From the IMG/VR virus record IMGVR_UViG_3300043220_000029, positions 1-43,337 of that record: a DNA stretch of 43,337 nucleotides; one strand, given 5' to 3'. How positions within the stretch are numbered: position 1 is the first letter of the stretch; each line of letters opens with the position of its first letter. The stretch comes from a virus. Taxonomy: Duplodnaviria > Caudoviricetes. Shown piece after piece: positions 1 to 7,152 of the stretch. The notes beneath the pieces are model-generated. The model was not told where the DNA came from. It saw only the letters and a list, made by a program, of their open reading frames with translations, and made no database searches. Position numbers and translations under genes: made by a program.

Positions 1-127
1 GCTGCGCTCGTCGTTGGGATACGCCTTGCCGAGCATGGCCCTGATTGCCTTCGTCTGTGGCAGCGTGATCCCGTGGCCGTTGCTCGGGGCGGGCTGCTCA
101 ACGGGCGCGGCGGCGGTGGCTTGGCGC
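1..127. repeat. Terminal direct repeat, left copy (probably assembly overlap)
   Basis: Exact match to 43211-43337; falls mid-ORF; 127 is a common maximum assembler k-mer. Confidence 0.95.
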
Positions 128-648
128 ACTGGCTCAACGCGACCACCTTTCTTTGCGTTCTCGATAATGGCAGCCACCAGCTCTTCTGGCAGAAGGGCTC
201 GCTTGGCGTTACGAACGGCCTTGGTGATCCCGTGCTCGTACCAGTGGGGGTTGACTGTACCGTTGCGGTGTATCTTGTCGACTCGCTTGCCACGCACGGC
301 CGTATCAAGCAGGATCTCGCTGACCACGCCAGTCTCGCTGTGGACGGCGATCGCGTACCTTCCAGCCTTCGCGATGAACCGAGCCTCAGTTTCGTCCTCG
401 TACTCGACCTCGCAGGAGATCTCGCGGATCACATCGGTGCCCTTGCTCTGGCCGGCGAGGTGTCGCGCCGCCTCCTCTACTCCCGCCGCCGACAGGCCTT
501 CGACGGTCGTGCCACCTTGAGCGAAGCTATACACCCATGCCTTGCTGACTCGCCCATTGATCCGCTCGACGATGGCCCGGTCATCCATTGAGTCCATGAC
601 CGCGAAGACTTCGCTCGGAACGATGGCCTGTGTTGTTTGCTGGGTCAT
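1..648 (-). CDS. Putative single-strand annealing protein (Rad52/ERF/RecT-like), 5' part; continues at 43210-43088 (256 aa total)
   Basis: Hand translation MTQQTTQAIVPSEVFAVMD...HWYEHGITKAVRNAKRALLP...; ATG overlaps the TGA of the upstream nuclease (ATGA); absent from the ORF track because it spans the junction. Confidence 0.6.
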   Translation of the reverse strand, partial: MTQQTTQAIVPSEVFAVMDSMDDRAIVERINGRVSKAWVYSFAQGGTTVEGLSAAGVEEAARHLAGQSKGTDVIREISCEVEYEDETEARFIAKAGRYAIAVHSETGVVSEILLDTAVRGKRVDKIHRNGTVNPHWYEHGITKAVRNAKRALLPEELVAAIIENAKKGGRVEPVRQATAAAPVEQPAPSNGHGITLPQTKAIRAMLGKAYPNDERS

Positions 649-1460
649 ATGATCACCTCTTCCTCGATGAGAAATTGTCGTGCGGCTCGTGCTCCATAAG
701 GGCAGATGTTCCAGTAGCCGCACCATTTCTCGGAACACCACCAACCGTCAGTACGTGGGGGGAAGTTGCCTTCCCGGATTGCCTGCGATACGAACTTGTG
801 GACGACCTCGAACCCCTCCAACTGCTCAGGCGTCTTGACGACCTGGAGCTGCTGTATCTCGGGCCGCTTCTTCTTGACCGCGATGTGGAACTGGCCGCCG
901 GGCGTCTCCCGCCCGAGAACCTTCCGGCGCGTGTATTCGTAGGCCGTCATCTGTAGGTCGCCGTCTGCGCGGTCCTGGCTCCACGCGGCTCGGCTCGTCT
1001 TGTGCTCGATGTCGATATCGTCGATGTCGATGAGGTCGAGTTGGCAGGCTATCGGGAAAGCGCCGTCGACAGAGAGGCTTAGCTGCTTTTCCGCCTCCTT
1101 GGGCAGCACCGTCGGCGCCACTTCGTTCCGGTAGACGCTGACCAGCGACACCACCTGATCCTTGAGGGCACCGAGCTCTTCGTCTGCCGTCAGAACCGGC
1201 CGCTCCCGCTTGAGCAGGTTGTCCCACCGTTCTGCCGCCACCTCTTCCACCTCCGACACTGGCAAGTCTTTGCCCGTTGCGATCTTGTGCTTGAAGTTCT
1301 CCTCTAGCCCGCCGTGGTAAGCCGTGCCCTGGTACATGGCGCCCGCCGGCGGCGTTCGGATACCTTCGATGTGGCGATACTCGAACGCCTTGGGGCACTT
1401 GTCCCAGAACATCTGCACCTGGGTTGGGTGCAGGCCGCGGTTGAAGTCTGTTGGCTTCAT
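645..1460 (-). CDS. PD-(D/E)XK RecB/Cas4-like exonuclease
   Basis: N-terminal CP, GTAYH, LDLIDIDDIDIEHKTS, QMTAY and C-terminal WWCSEKWCGYWNIC cysteine cluster. Confidence 0.85.
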   Translation of the reverse strand: MKPTDFNRGLHPTQVQMFWDKCPKAFEYRHIEGIRTPPAGAMYQGTAYHGGLEENFKHKIATGKDLPVSEVEEVAAERWDNLLKRERPVLTADEELGALKDQVVSLVSVYRNEVAPTVLPKEAEKQLSLSVDGAFPIACQLDLIDIDDIDIEHKTSRAAWSQDRADGDLQMTAYEYTRRKVLGRETPGGQFHIAVKKKRPEIQQLQVVKTPEQLEGFEVVHKFVSQAIREGNFPPRTDGWWCSEKWCGYWNICPYGARAARQFLIEEEVII

Positions 1461-1672
1461 ACCCGCTCTTCGCTGCCGCCCTTGCAGTGCGGGCAGTCCG
1501 TCATGGCTTGCTCGATGTCGCTGGGGTAGTCGAACACCCGGCCCTTGTAGTTCTCAATCGCCGCCACCGGCACCTTACTGTCGCCGTTACAGAAGGTGCA
1601 GATCGGCTCCCCGTCGGGTCCGGCGCGGTCGTGCATCCCCTGGGCGACACCTGCTCCGAGTGCGGGCATCAT
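1457..1672 (-). CDS. Small CxxC zinc-finger protein
   Basis: CTFCNG and CPHCKG pairs; translationally coupled to neighbours. Confidence 0.6.
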   Translation of the reverse strand: MMPALGAGVAQGMHDRAGPDGEPICTFCNGDSKVPVAAIENYKGRVFDYPSDIEQAMTDCPHCKGGSEERV

Positions 1673-2001
1673 CGTCTCGCCTCCAGCCGGTCGCGATAGT
1701 GCTCCAGCAGTGGCAGCACTTCGTCGTACTTCGCCTGGATGCGTGCGATCTCAGCCAGCACCTTGCCGCCGCCGCGCTGGATGCCCTCGGCTAGGGCAGC
1801 CACATCGCCACCGCTGCCACGCCGAACGCTGCCGTCACGCTCAGCACCGCCAGCAGCAGCGCCGGTTCCATCAGCATCTCCATCGTCGTTCCTCCTTGTG
1901 GTACAGCGACACTCGGATATGTCGAGAGTCTCTAGGCTATGGGTGTAGATATTTGCGTGGCACCGCCGAGCGTGGGCGGGGTGGCCGCAGTCACGACACA
2001 T
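1669..2001 (-). CDS. Hypothetical protein (frame uncertain; an overlapping 30-aa hydrophobic ORF MEMLMEPALLLAVLSV... has a strong AAGGAGG RBS)
   Basis: ORF track plus manual reading of the RBS near 1890. Confidence 0.35.
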   Translation of the reverse strand: MCRDCGHPAHARRCHANIYTHSLETLDISECRCTTRRNDDGDADGTGAAAGGAERDGSVRRGSGGDVAALAEGIQRGGGKVLAEIARIQAKYDEVLPLLEHYRDRLEARR

Positions 2002-2269
2002 GGTGAGCCTCGCCTTTCAGTGCTGCGTCAAAGGCGGCATCTATAACCGTGCGAGCTTTCTCTACGGCGTCGGCGGCCTTCACGAAGAGCACGGTGCCCT
2101 CCTCGTTATCCAGGGCGTACAGCAACTCATCTAGTGCCACGAACAGCGCATCGTCTTCAGTGAGCAGCTCTCGCACGATGCCGGCGAATTCGGCTTTGTG
2201 GGCAGCGCAGTCGTGCCCATCGAAGTCCTCATCGAAGACTAGTTCTCGCCACTCTTGTTGTGTTCTCAT
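1991..2269 (-). CDS. Hypothetical protein
   Basis: Start MRTQQEW overlaps the upstream stop (ATGA); acidic, helical sequence. Confidence 0.6.
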   Translation of the reverse strand: MRTQQEWRELVFDEDFDGHDCAAHKAEFAGIVRELLTEDDALFVALDELLYALDNEEGTVLFVKAADAVEKARTVIDAAFDAALKGEAHHVS

Positions 2270-2616
2270 CCCGCCCCGTCCTTCGTAGCGGCGTGCTTGG
2301 GCTGGGCAGCGGCGCTCCACTCCTCAAGTAGCTCGCGAGCCTCTTCCGCCTCAGGAGCGCAATCGTGCTCATCGAGGTCAGCACAATCACAAGCGAACGA
2401 CTTAGCGAATTCTCGCAGCGCGTCCCGCTCCTTGGCCGTCGCCTCAGCCTGGGCGTGCAGGGGACAGGGCTCAACGACGTAATAAATCTGGAAGATATTC
2501 TGGCCCTCTCCGTAACCGAGGCTCACGCTGCCACTCTTCCCTGGGCTCTCTGTACTGAAGATCACGCCGCACTCCCCGCAGGTGCTACCCGTCTGGGTGG
2601 CGGCCTGGGCGGTCAT
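2266..2616 (-). CDS. Hypothetical Cys-rich protein
   Basis: CGEC, CPLH and CDC..HDC motifs; coupled start/stop. Confidence 0.6.
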   Translation of the reverse strand: MTAQAATQTGSTCGECGVIFSTESPGKSGSVSLGYGEGQNIFQIYYVVEPCPLHAQAEATAKERDALREFAKSFACDCADLDEHDCAPEAEEARELLEEWSAAAQPKHAATKDGAG

Positions 2617-2861
2617 GGCTGTACCGTCGCTGCGACGGCATCCTCCACGTGGTCATCGCAGGCCGCCAACGACGATTCTTCTACGTCGGTCCTCTCTGCA
2701 TCTTGCCAACGAACTCGCTTCCGGGCGATAGCTGTGCAGGTCGCGCCACCAACTGCTCCGTCAGGTGCAGGAACAAACCAGTCACAATGAACGTGGTCTT
2801 TGCCCTCGATCCACTCGACCGAGATGCTGAGAATGATGCTTGTTGTTCTCTTTGCTGCCAT
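2613..2861 (-). CDS. Hypothetical protein
   Basis: AGGAGG RBS before ATG; several Cys/His residues. Confidence 0.65.
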   Translation of the reverse strand: MAAKRTTSIILSISVEWIEGKDHVHCDWFVPAPDGAVGGATCTAIARKRVRWQDAERTDVEESSLAACDDHVEDAVAATVQP

Positions 2862-3364
2862 CTGCTATCCTCCTACTGTCTTTGCGATGGGATGCCCTCG
2901 TAGTGTTGTGCGGGGGCATCGCTGCGTTGTGGGGGAGCCTACGGGCCTCTCCTTCAATGCGACAAGCTTTCACCGTGACTCCTTGGTGTTCTGCTTTCGG
3001 ACCGCAGGCCCCCCGTTGCTCCGGTAGCGGTGCCAGAGCACCACCTCCCTCCTTACCCTTGTCTCCTTGAGGTGCAGAGAGCCGGAGACGTGATCGCAGC
3101 CAGTCACAGTTGGGTACCCCAATGACTGGAAACCCACTCCACCTCCCTCCCATCGTTCGTCTCCGGCGCTCCATTCCCCAAGGGTGCGACGCCGGCAGGG
3201 CTGGGGACTGGTGGGAGTCGAAGCGCCTGCCAGCGTCGCTGTGTCGGGTGGCTTCGTGCCATGGCTTCCATGCCTCCCAACCGGGCCGCTACCAACGCGA
3301 GGGCCAACCGCCCCCATCTCGGCTTCCACCGACTGAACGCTGATAGCGGCGCGGTCACGGGGCA
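2862..3364 (-). ncRNA. Candidate large structured RNA or cluster of structured elements
   Basis: ~500-nt gap with stems 3338-3350/3285-3297, 3226-3239/3186-3199, 3158-3167/3081-3090 and 3002-3014/2932-2944 plus nested hairpins; mismatches resolve as G-U pairs on the minus strand. Confidence 0.5.
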
Positions 3365-3706
3365 TCATTGCGCGAGCTCGGCCTTGGCGATGGCCCTGTT
3401 GGCCTGACACAATGAGCAAGGGCAAGGATCGTAGTCTAGCCCAGCGTTGAAGCAATCGTTATTGATAAGGTGTCGGCACGTATTCCGCAGTCCCTCTACG
3501 CAACTCTTCAGCGCCTCTAGCAGCTCATCGTGGGCGTTCACGCAGGCGACGATGCGGCGCAGGTTTGCTGGCGCATTGGCCGTTGAGTGCTGGCGAAGAT
3601 CGGCAAGAACATCGTCATTGACGGTCATCAGTCGAGGAACGCCATCTTCTCCTGGCCCCGTTCCTAGATGGCCGTGCCACGGCCCCGGCGTGTGTTGCTC
3701 GTTCAC
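3365..3706 (-). CDS. Hypothetical phage protein (HTPGPW...RIVACVNAHDELLEAL family-like)
   Basis: GAGGAG RBS and GTG start lie inside the 45-bp repeat; motif is common in small early phage proteins. Confidence 0.7.
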   Translation of the reverse strand: MNEQHTPGPWHGHLGTGPGEDGVPRLMTVNDDVLADLRQHSTANAPANLRRIVACVNAHDELLEALKSCVEGLRNTCRHLINNDCFNAGLDYDPCPCSLCQANRAIAKAELAQ

Positions 3707-3741
3707 AGAAGCTCCTCTCTCCCCCGCTCGGTCAGGTGCCA
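3697..3741. repeat. 45-bp exact direct repeat, copy 1
   Basis: gctcgttcacagaagctcctctctcccccgctcggtcaggtgcca, identical to 4173-4217. Confidence 0.95.
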
Positions 3742-3774
3742 GTTGTGGATGGTGCGCTCGTGCGCCATGGGGCA

Positions 3775-4182
3775 TCACCGTGCAACTCGCATTTCGTGAT
3801 CGCGGGGGATCATGACTTCCAGGTGATATCGCTCTTCACCTGGAAGTGAGATGTTCAAGTGCGGACAGATCATCTTGTGCTCTGTCCTGACGACGATCTG
3901 CTCGTAGACGACCGGGAAGTGGCCCTTCAGCCAGCCGGGGAAACGCGCTGCCTTGAACGCCTGCCACCATGACGCGGGGCGCTCGATGATTTCCTTCTCT
4001 GTGTGGATTGTGTTCCCCATGAGGTAAAGCCGGAGTTGAGCGACGAACCCGCCAGCGGCGTGATCAACAAGCACGGAGAACTTCATTCCCTCAAGGGCGG
4101 TTTGGCCGATGAATTCCCGAAGGCCGATCTCTGTCTTCTCAAGCGTGAGACGTTGAAAGTGCATTCTGTCTAGCTCGTTCAC
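3775..4182 (-). CDS. Hypothetical protein (PASWWQAFK motif)
   Basis: GAGGAG RBS and GTG start lie inside the second repeat copy. Confidence 0.7.
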   Translation of the reverse strand: MNELDRMHFQRLTLEKTEIGLREFIGQTALEGMKFSVLVDHAAGGFVAQLRLYLMGNTIHTEKEIIERPASWWQAFKAARFPGWLKGHFPVVYEQIVVRTEHKMICPHLNISLPGEERYHLEVMIPRDHEMRVAR

Positions 4183-4217
4183 AGAAGCTCCTCTCTCCCC
4201 CGCTCGGTCAGGTGCCA
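4173..4217. repeat. 45-bp exact direct repeat, copy 2
   Basis: Identical to 3697-3741. Confidence 0.95.
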
Positions 4218-4354
4218 CGTCCAGATGTGCTGCTTGTAGTATGTGCCCCACGAGTAGCAGCGGACGCCATACCGACGCGCCTCGTGGAGAGAGCCACCAC
4301 ACCGGATGCAGTCTTCGCCCGGCACGAGCGGGGTGGTGCTGATCAGGACCGCCA

Positions 4355-4690
4355 TCACTCAGCCCTGCCTAGGAGCTGCGCCTCGCGGCGGTGGAACTCG
4401 GCTTCGGCGGCGGGGAGGTTGTCTGCCCTTGCTGATACTTCAGTTCTGATGCAGTGATGTTCAGGCCGTGCTGAGCAGAAGTGCGCCTCTTCGGCGAGCA
4501 CTCCAATGCATATGCTATAGAGCTGCGTCGCGTCCCGTTCCTGGCCGTGTCCTTCCTGCCAGCCGGAATCGCTAATTAGCCAAGCTACCCGCCCATCCCA
4601 GTGAGCGCAGCGCACCACCCACGGCGGACACACCGTACACTCGCGCCCCTCTGCGGCACTGCGCGGGGAGCGTGGCTCAGTCTGCAACAT
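4355..4690 (-). CDS. Hypothetical Cys/His-rich protein
   Basis: CTVCPPWVVRCAH motif; fills the operon gap. Confidence 0.55.
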   Translation of the reverse strand: MLQTEPRSPRSAAEGRECTVCPPWVVRCAHWDGRVAWLISDSGWQEGHGQERDATQLYSICIGVLAEEAHFCSARPEHHCIRTEVSARADNLPAAEAEFHRREAQLLGRAE

Positions 4691-4850
4691 TGGGAGCCTC
4701 GTCGACGTGTTCTAGCATGGCTCGTAGCGCCTCTTCGACAACGCGGGCGGGCTTCAGTCCGCGCTTTGCTGCCTCTATGTTAAGACGACGCCTAAGCTCA
4801 GGATCAATCCGCCAGCCGACTTGTGGAAGAGCGCCATTCTTGGTAGCCAT
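4677..4850 (-). CDS. Ribbon-helix-helix (Arc/CopG-like) DNA-binding protein, 57 aa
   Basis: Hand translation MATKNGALPQVGWRIDPELRRRLNIEAAKRGLKPARVVEEALRAMLEHVDEAPNVAD shows the strand-helix-G-helix pattern; below the ORF-track cutoff. Confidence 0.75.
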   Translation of the reverse strand: MATKNGALPQVGWRIDPELRRRLNIEAAKRGLKPARVVEEALRAMLEHVDEAPNVAD

Positions 4851-4899
4851 GCGAGTATGTTACCACGGTATTCGCGCTCTGTCTATACCCCTTGGGGTA
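4851..4899 (-). promoter_or_regulatory. Sigma70-type early promoter giving a leaderless mRNA, with palindromic candidate operators
   Basis: TAGACA-17nt-TAACAT with extended TG, 6 nt from the ATG; palindromes TACCACGGTA (4861-4870) and TACCCCTTGGGGTA (4886-4899). Confidence 0.65.
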
Positions 4900-5030
4900 G
4901 AAGATCAGAAAAAGTTTCGCTACTCTAGGCTCCCGCGTCGCGGCGCTGGTGGGCTAGGCTGCCGACCCAGCCTCATTGCTCATAGTTAAATGGCACCTGG
5001 CCCACGAGGCATCACCTCCCTTCACTCGTC

Positions 5031-5705
5031 CTACTCTCCGTCCTCCGGCTTGCTGCCCAGCTTCAGGAGCCTCCGCTCGTGGCTGACGGCTATCTTGGAG
5101 AGCAGGTCAATGGCGGCCCTGTTCCCCACGATGATCTTGTTCTGGAAGTCGAACCCAGCCTTCATGTCTTGCAGGAGCTTCCGCTCTTCGTCTGTCATAT
5201 CGTCCTCCTCCTTGGCTCGGAGCATCCTCAGAAACTTATCCCAGTTGAACGGATCGCCGGGGTCGCTCTTGCCGTCGCGGTGCCCCTGCGCCGTGTCCTC
5301 GTGGCCGGTGTAGCCCTGTATCCCGTTAACGGCGTTGAAGATGTGCATGGGCGGGATGTCAGGGTAGAACTCACGGCAGACCTTCACCAGCCCAGCGTAG
5401 TGACCTTCCTGATACGCCGTGCCGGGGAGCGGTTGGGTGAGCTCAATGCCGAACATGGCGTCGCTGTGCTCCTTGGCGTGCCACGCCCTGTTCTCGTCGG
5501 CGACAACGCGTACCTGCTCCGTAGCGCTGATGACCCAGTGCGCCGAGGGCTTGCCCGGCAGCGAGAACCAGTTGAGCGTTGCGCTGAGCTCTATCTCATC
5601 TGCCCAGTCCTGGCCGCTCCGCGTACTGTGAACGACGAGCGCCTTGGGCCGGCCGCCCGGCCAGCCAGGGGTGAAGTTGGGAGAGAGTTCAGTACGGTAC
5701 GTCAA
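5031..5705 (-). CDS. Endolysin, N-acetylmuramoyl-L-alanine amidase (Amidase_2-like)
   Basis: LVVHST, SAHWVI, AWHA, GIEL, GHED and KSDPG zinc-amidase motifs. Confidence 0.88.
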   Translation of the reverse strand: MTYRTELSPNFTPGWPGGRPKALVVHSTRSGQDWADEIELSATLNWFSLPGKPSAHWVISATEQVRVVADENRAWHAKEHSDAMFGIELTQPLPGTAYQEGHYAGLVKVCREFYPDIPPMHIFNAVNGIQGYTGHEDTAQGHRDGKSDPGDPFNWDKFLRMLRAKEEDDMTDEERKLLQDMKAGFDFQNKIIVGNRAAIDLLSKIAVSHERRLLKLGSKPEDGE

Positions 5706-6715
5706 CGCCGCACCGTCAGGCCGAAGTGCGCGTCGTGGCCTTCCACGTAGGCGTGGATATCGACGAGACCCGGCGATACCCCTACGACAAAGCCACTATT
5801 CTGCTCGACCGCTGCGATGTTCGTATCCGACGATGCCCAGTCCGCCGCGACCACCCGCTCCGTGCCGTCGCTGAACGTGGCCCTGAGCCGGTACTGCTTG
5901 CTGTGTCCCTTCTTGAGCGTACGGGCGTTGGGAATGAAGCGAGTCCCGACGATGACGATGGGGTCAGGTTCCGGTTCTGGCAAGGGATCGGGGGTCGGCT
6001 CTGGCTCCGGCGGCGGCGTAGGCGGTACACCGACAGGTTCGAGGAAGAGCTTGTTTCGCTCAACGGCGTTCTGCTTGTGGATGTCCAGCCAGTCCGTTCC
6101 CAGCCAGAGAACGACGGGCGAGTGGATGTCGCCAAGCCCCATACCGTGGCCCATCTCATGGCCGAAGCTCAGTCCAGGGTTGGAGACTGACCGCATACAG
6201 AACGAGCGCCCCTTCCAGATGAGACAGCACGGTTCCGGCTCGCCCCACGTTTCGGCGTTGATCTCCCAGTCACCGAGCATCCATTGGCCATAGTTCTCGT
6301 TGTGCTCAGGGCGCTGCACGAACCGGCCGCCTGCCAAGCCACCACCGCCGAGGACGTAGATGCCGATGCGAAACGTCTTGGTGCCGGGCACCTCCGTCCA
6401 TTGCTTTACGTCAGGACCGTAGAAGTGAGCGCGGGCCTCAAGCATGACAGTCGTCTCGTGCATCCCAACCCAGTGATCACCGCAGTCGTTTATGTCGGCC
6501 CATGCGCCATCCGGCGCCGTGGCGAGCTCCAGGTGGGTTAGTTCCGAGCGCCACCATTGCACGTCGGCGCGGAAGACGTAGCCTACTTGGTCAGCGAACC
6601 ACTGGTTGATCCGCACCATGTTCTTGATGACCTGCTGGTATGCCTCCTCGATCTCGGAGTCGGGCCGAGTGTAGTCAGCAGGCGCGATCAGCGCGATCCT
6701 GACGGGTAGTACCAT
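5702..6715 (-). CDS. Putative zinc metallopeptidase with Pro-rich linker and C-terminal Ig-like (Big_2) domain
   Basis: HEMGHGMGLGD motif, PPTPPPEPEP linker, WASSDTNIAAV...G.V.GVSPG pattern; AAGGAGGT RBS. Confidence 0.65.
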   Translation of the reverse strand: MVLPVRIALIAPADYTRPDSEIEEAYQQVIKNMVRINQWFADQVGYVFRADVQWWRSELTHLELATAPDGAWADINDCGDHWVGMHETTVMLEARAHFYGPDVKQWTEVPGTKTFRIGIYVLGGGGLAGGRFVQRPEHNENYGQWMLGDWEINAETWGEPEPCCLIWKGRSFCMRSVSNPGLSFGHEMGHGMGLGDIHSPVVLWLGTDWLDIHKQNAVERNKLFLEPVGVPPTPPPEPEPTPDPLPEPEPDPIVIVGTRFIPNARTLKKGHSKQYRLRATFSDGTERVVAADWASSDTNIAAVEQNSGFVVGVSPGLVDIHAYVEGHDAHFGLTVRR

Positions 6716-6888
6716 GTCGTCACCTCCTTGCAGAATTCCGTCGCTGCCCTCGCCCAGAGTAACACAGCGAGCGCCGTGCCGAAGCCCAACGTCTGCCAGC
6801 CCATGAGCAGGTATGTCGCGCTGTCCGGCGGGTGGCCCTCCCAGGCACGCGCAGCGACGCCCTCAGCTTCCCGTAGAGCCGTTGCCAT
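6688..6888 (-). CDS. Small membrane protein
   Basis: One hydrophobic segment (YLLMGWQTLGFGTALAVLLW); lies in the lysis module. Confidence 0.4.
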   Translation of the reverse strand: MATALREAEGVAARAWEGHPPDSATYLLMGWQTLGFGTALAVLLWARAATEFCKEVTTWYYPSGSR

Positions 6889-7084
6889 TCAGTATCTTGC
6901 CGTTTCTAATGCTCGACGCGATGGCGCTCGTTCCCTGCTTGAAGCCCGCGCCGCCGATGAAGGTGAGGAGAGCGGTGGCGTCCTTGCCCATAGCGATGAG
7001 CACCACTGCTCCCACCCCCATACCGACATAGACGATGGCTGTACTCGCATGGTCGATTAGCGCGACTAGCGTTCCGTTGGTCAT
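6863..7084 (-). CDS. Putative holin
   Basis: 73 aa, two hydrophobic segments, AAGGAG RBS, upstream of the endolysin. Confidence 0.55.
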   Translation of the reverse strand: MTNGTLVALIDHASTAIVYVGMGVGAVVLIAMGKDATALLTFIGGAGFKQGTSAIASSIRNGKILNGNGSTGS

Positions 7085-7152
7085 GCAGACTCCTTGCTAC
7101 TTCTACTTTGGATGGTGCTAGCCTGTTCGTTTTCTCGTGCAGACATCAATAG

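Noticed and set aside
1-127. Biological direct terminal repeat (T7-like ends)
   Set aside because: It falls in the middle of a gene and equals a standard assembler k-mer; true termini cannot be inferred without reads.
645-1460. cas4 of a CRISPR system
   Set aside because: Cas4-like Cys cluster, but it is coupled to an annealase-like gene with no cas1/cas2; a recombination exonuclease fits better.
3697-4217. DGR template/variable repeat or attL/attR pair
   Set aside because: The copies are identical with no adenine-specific changes, and no reverse transcriptase or integrase was recognised.
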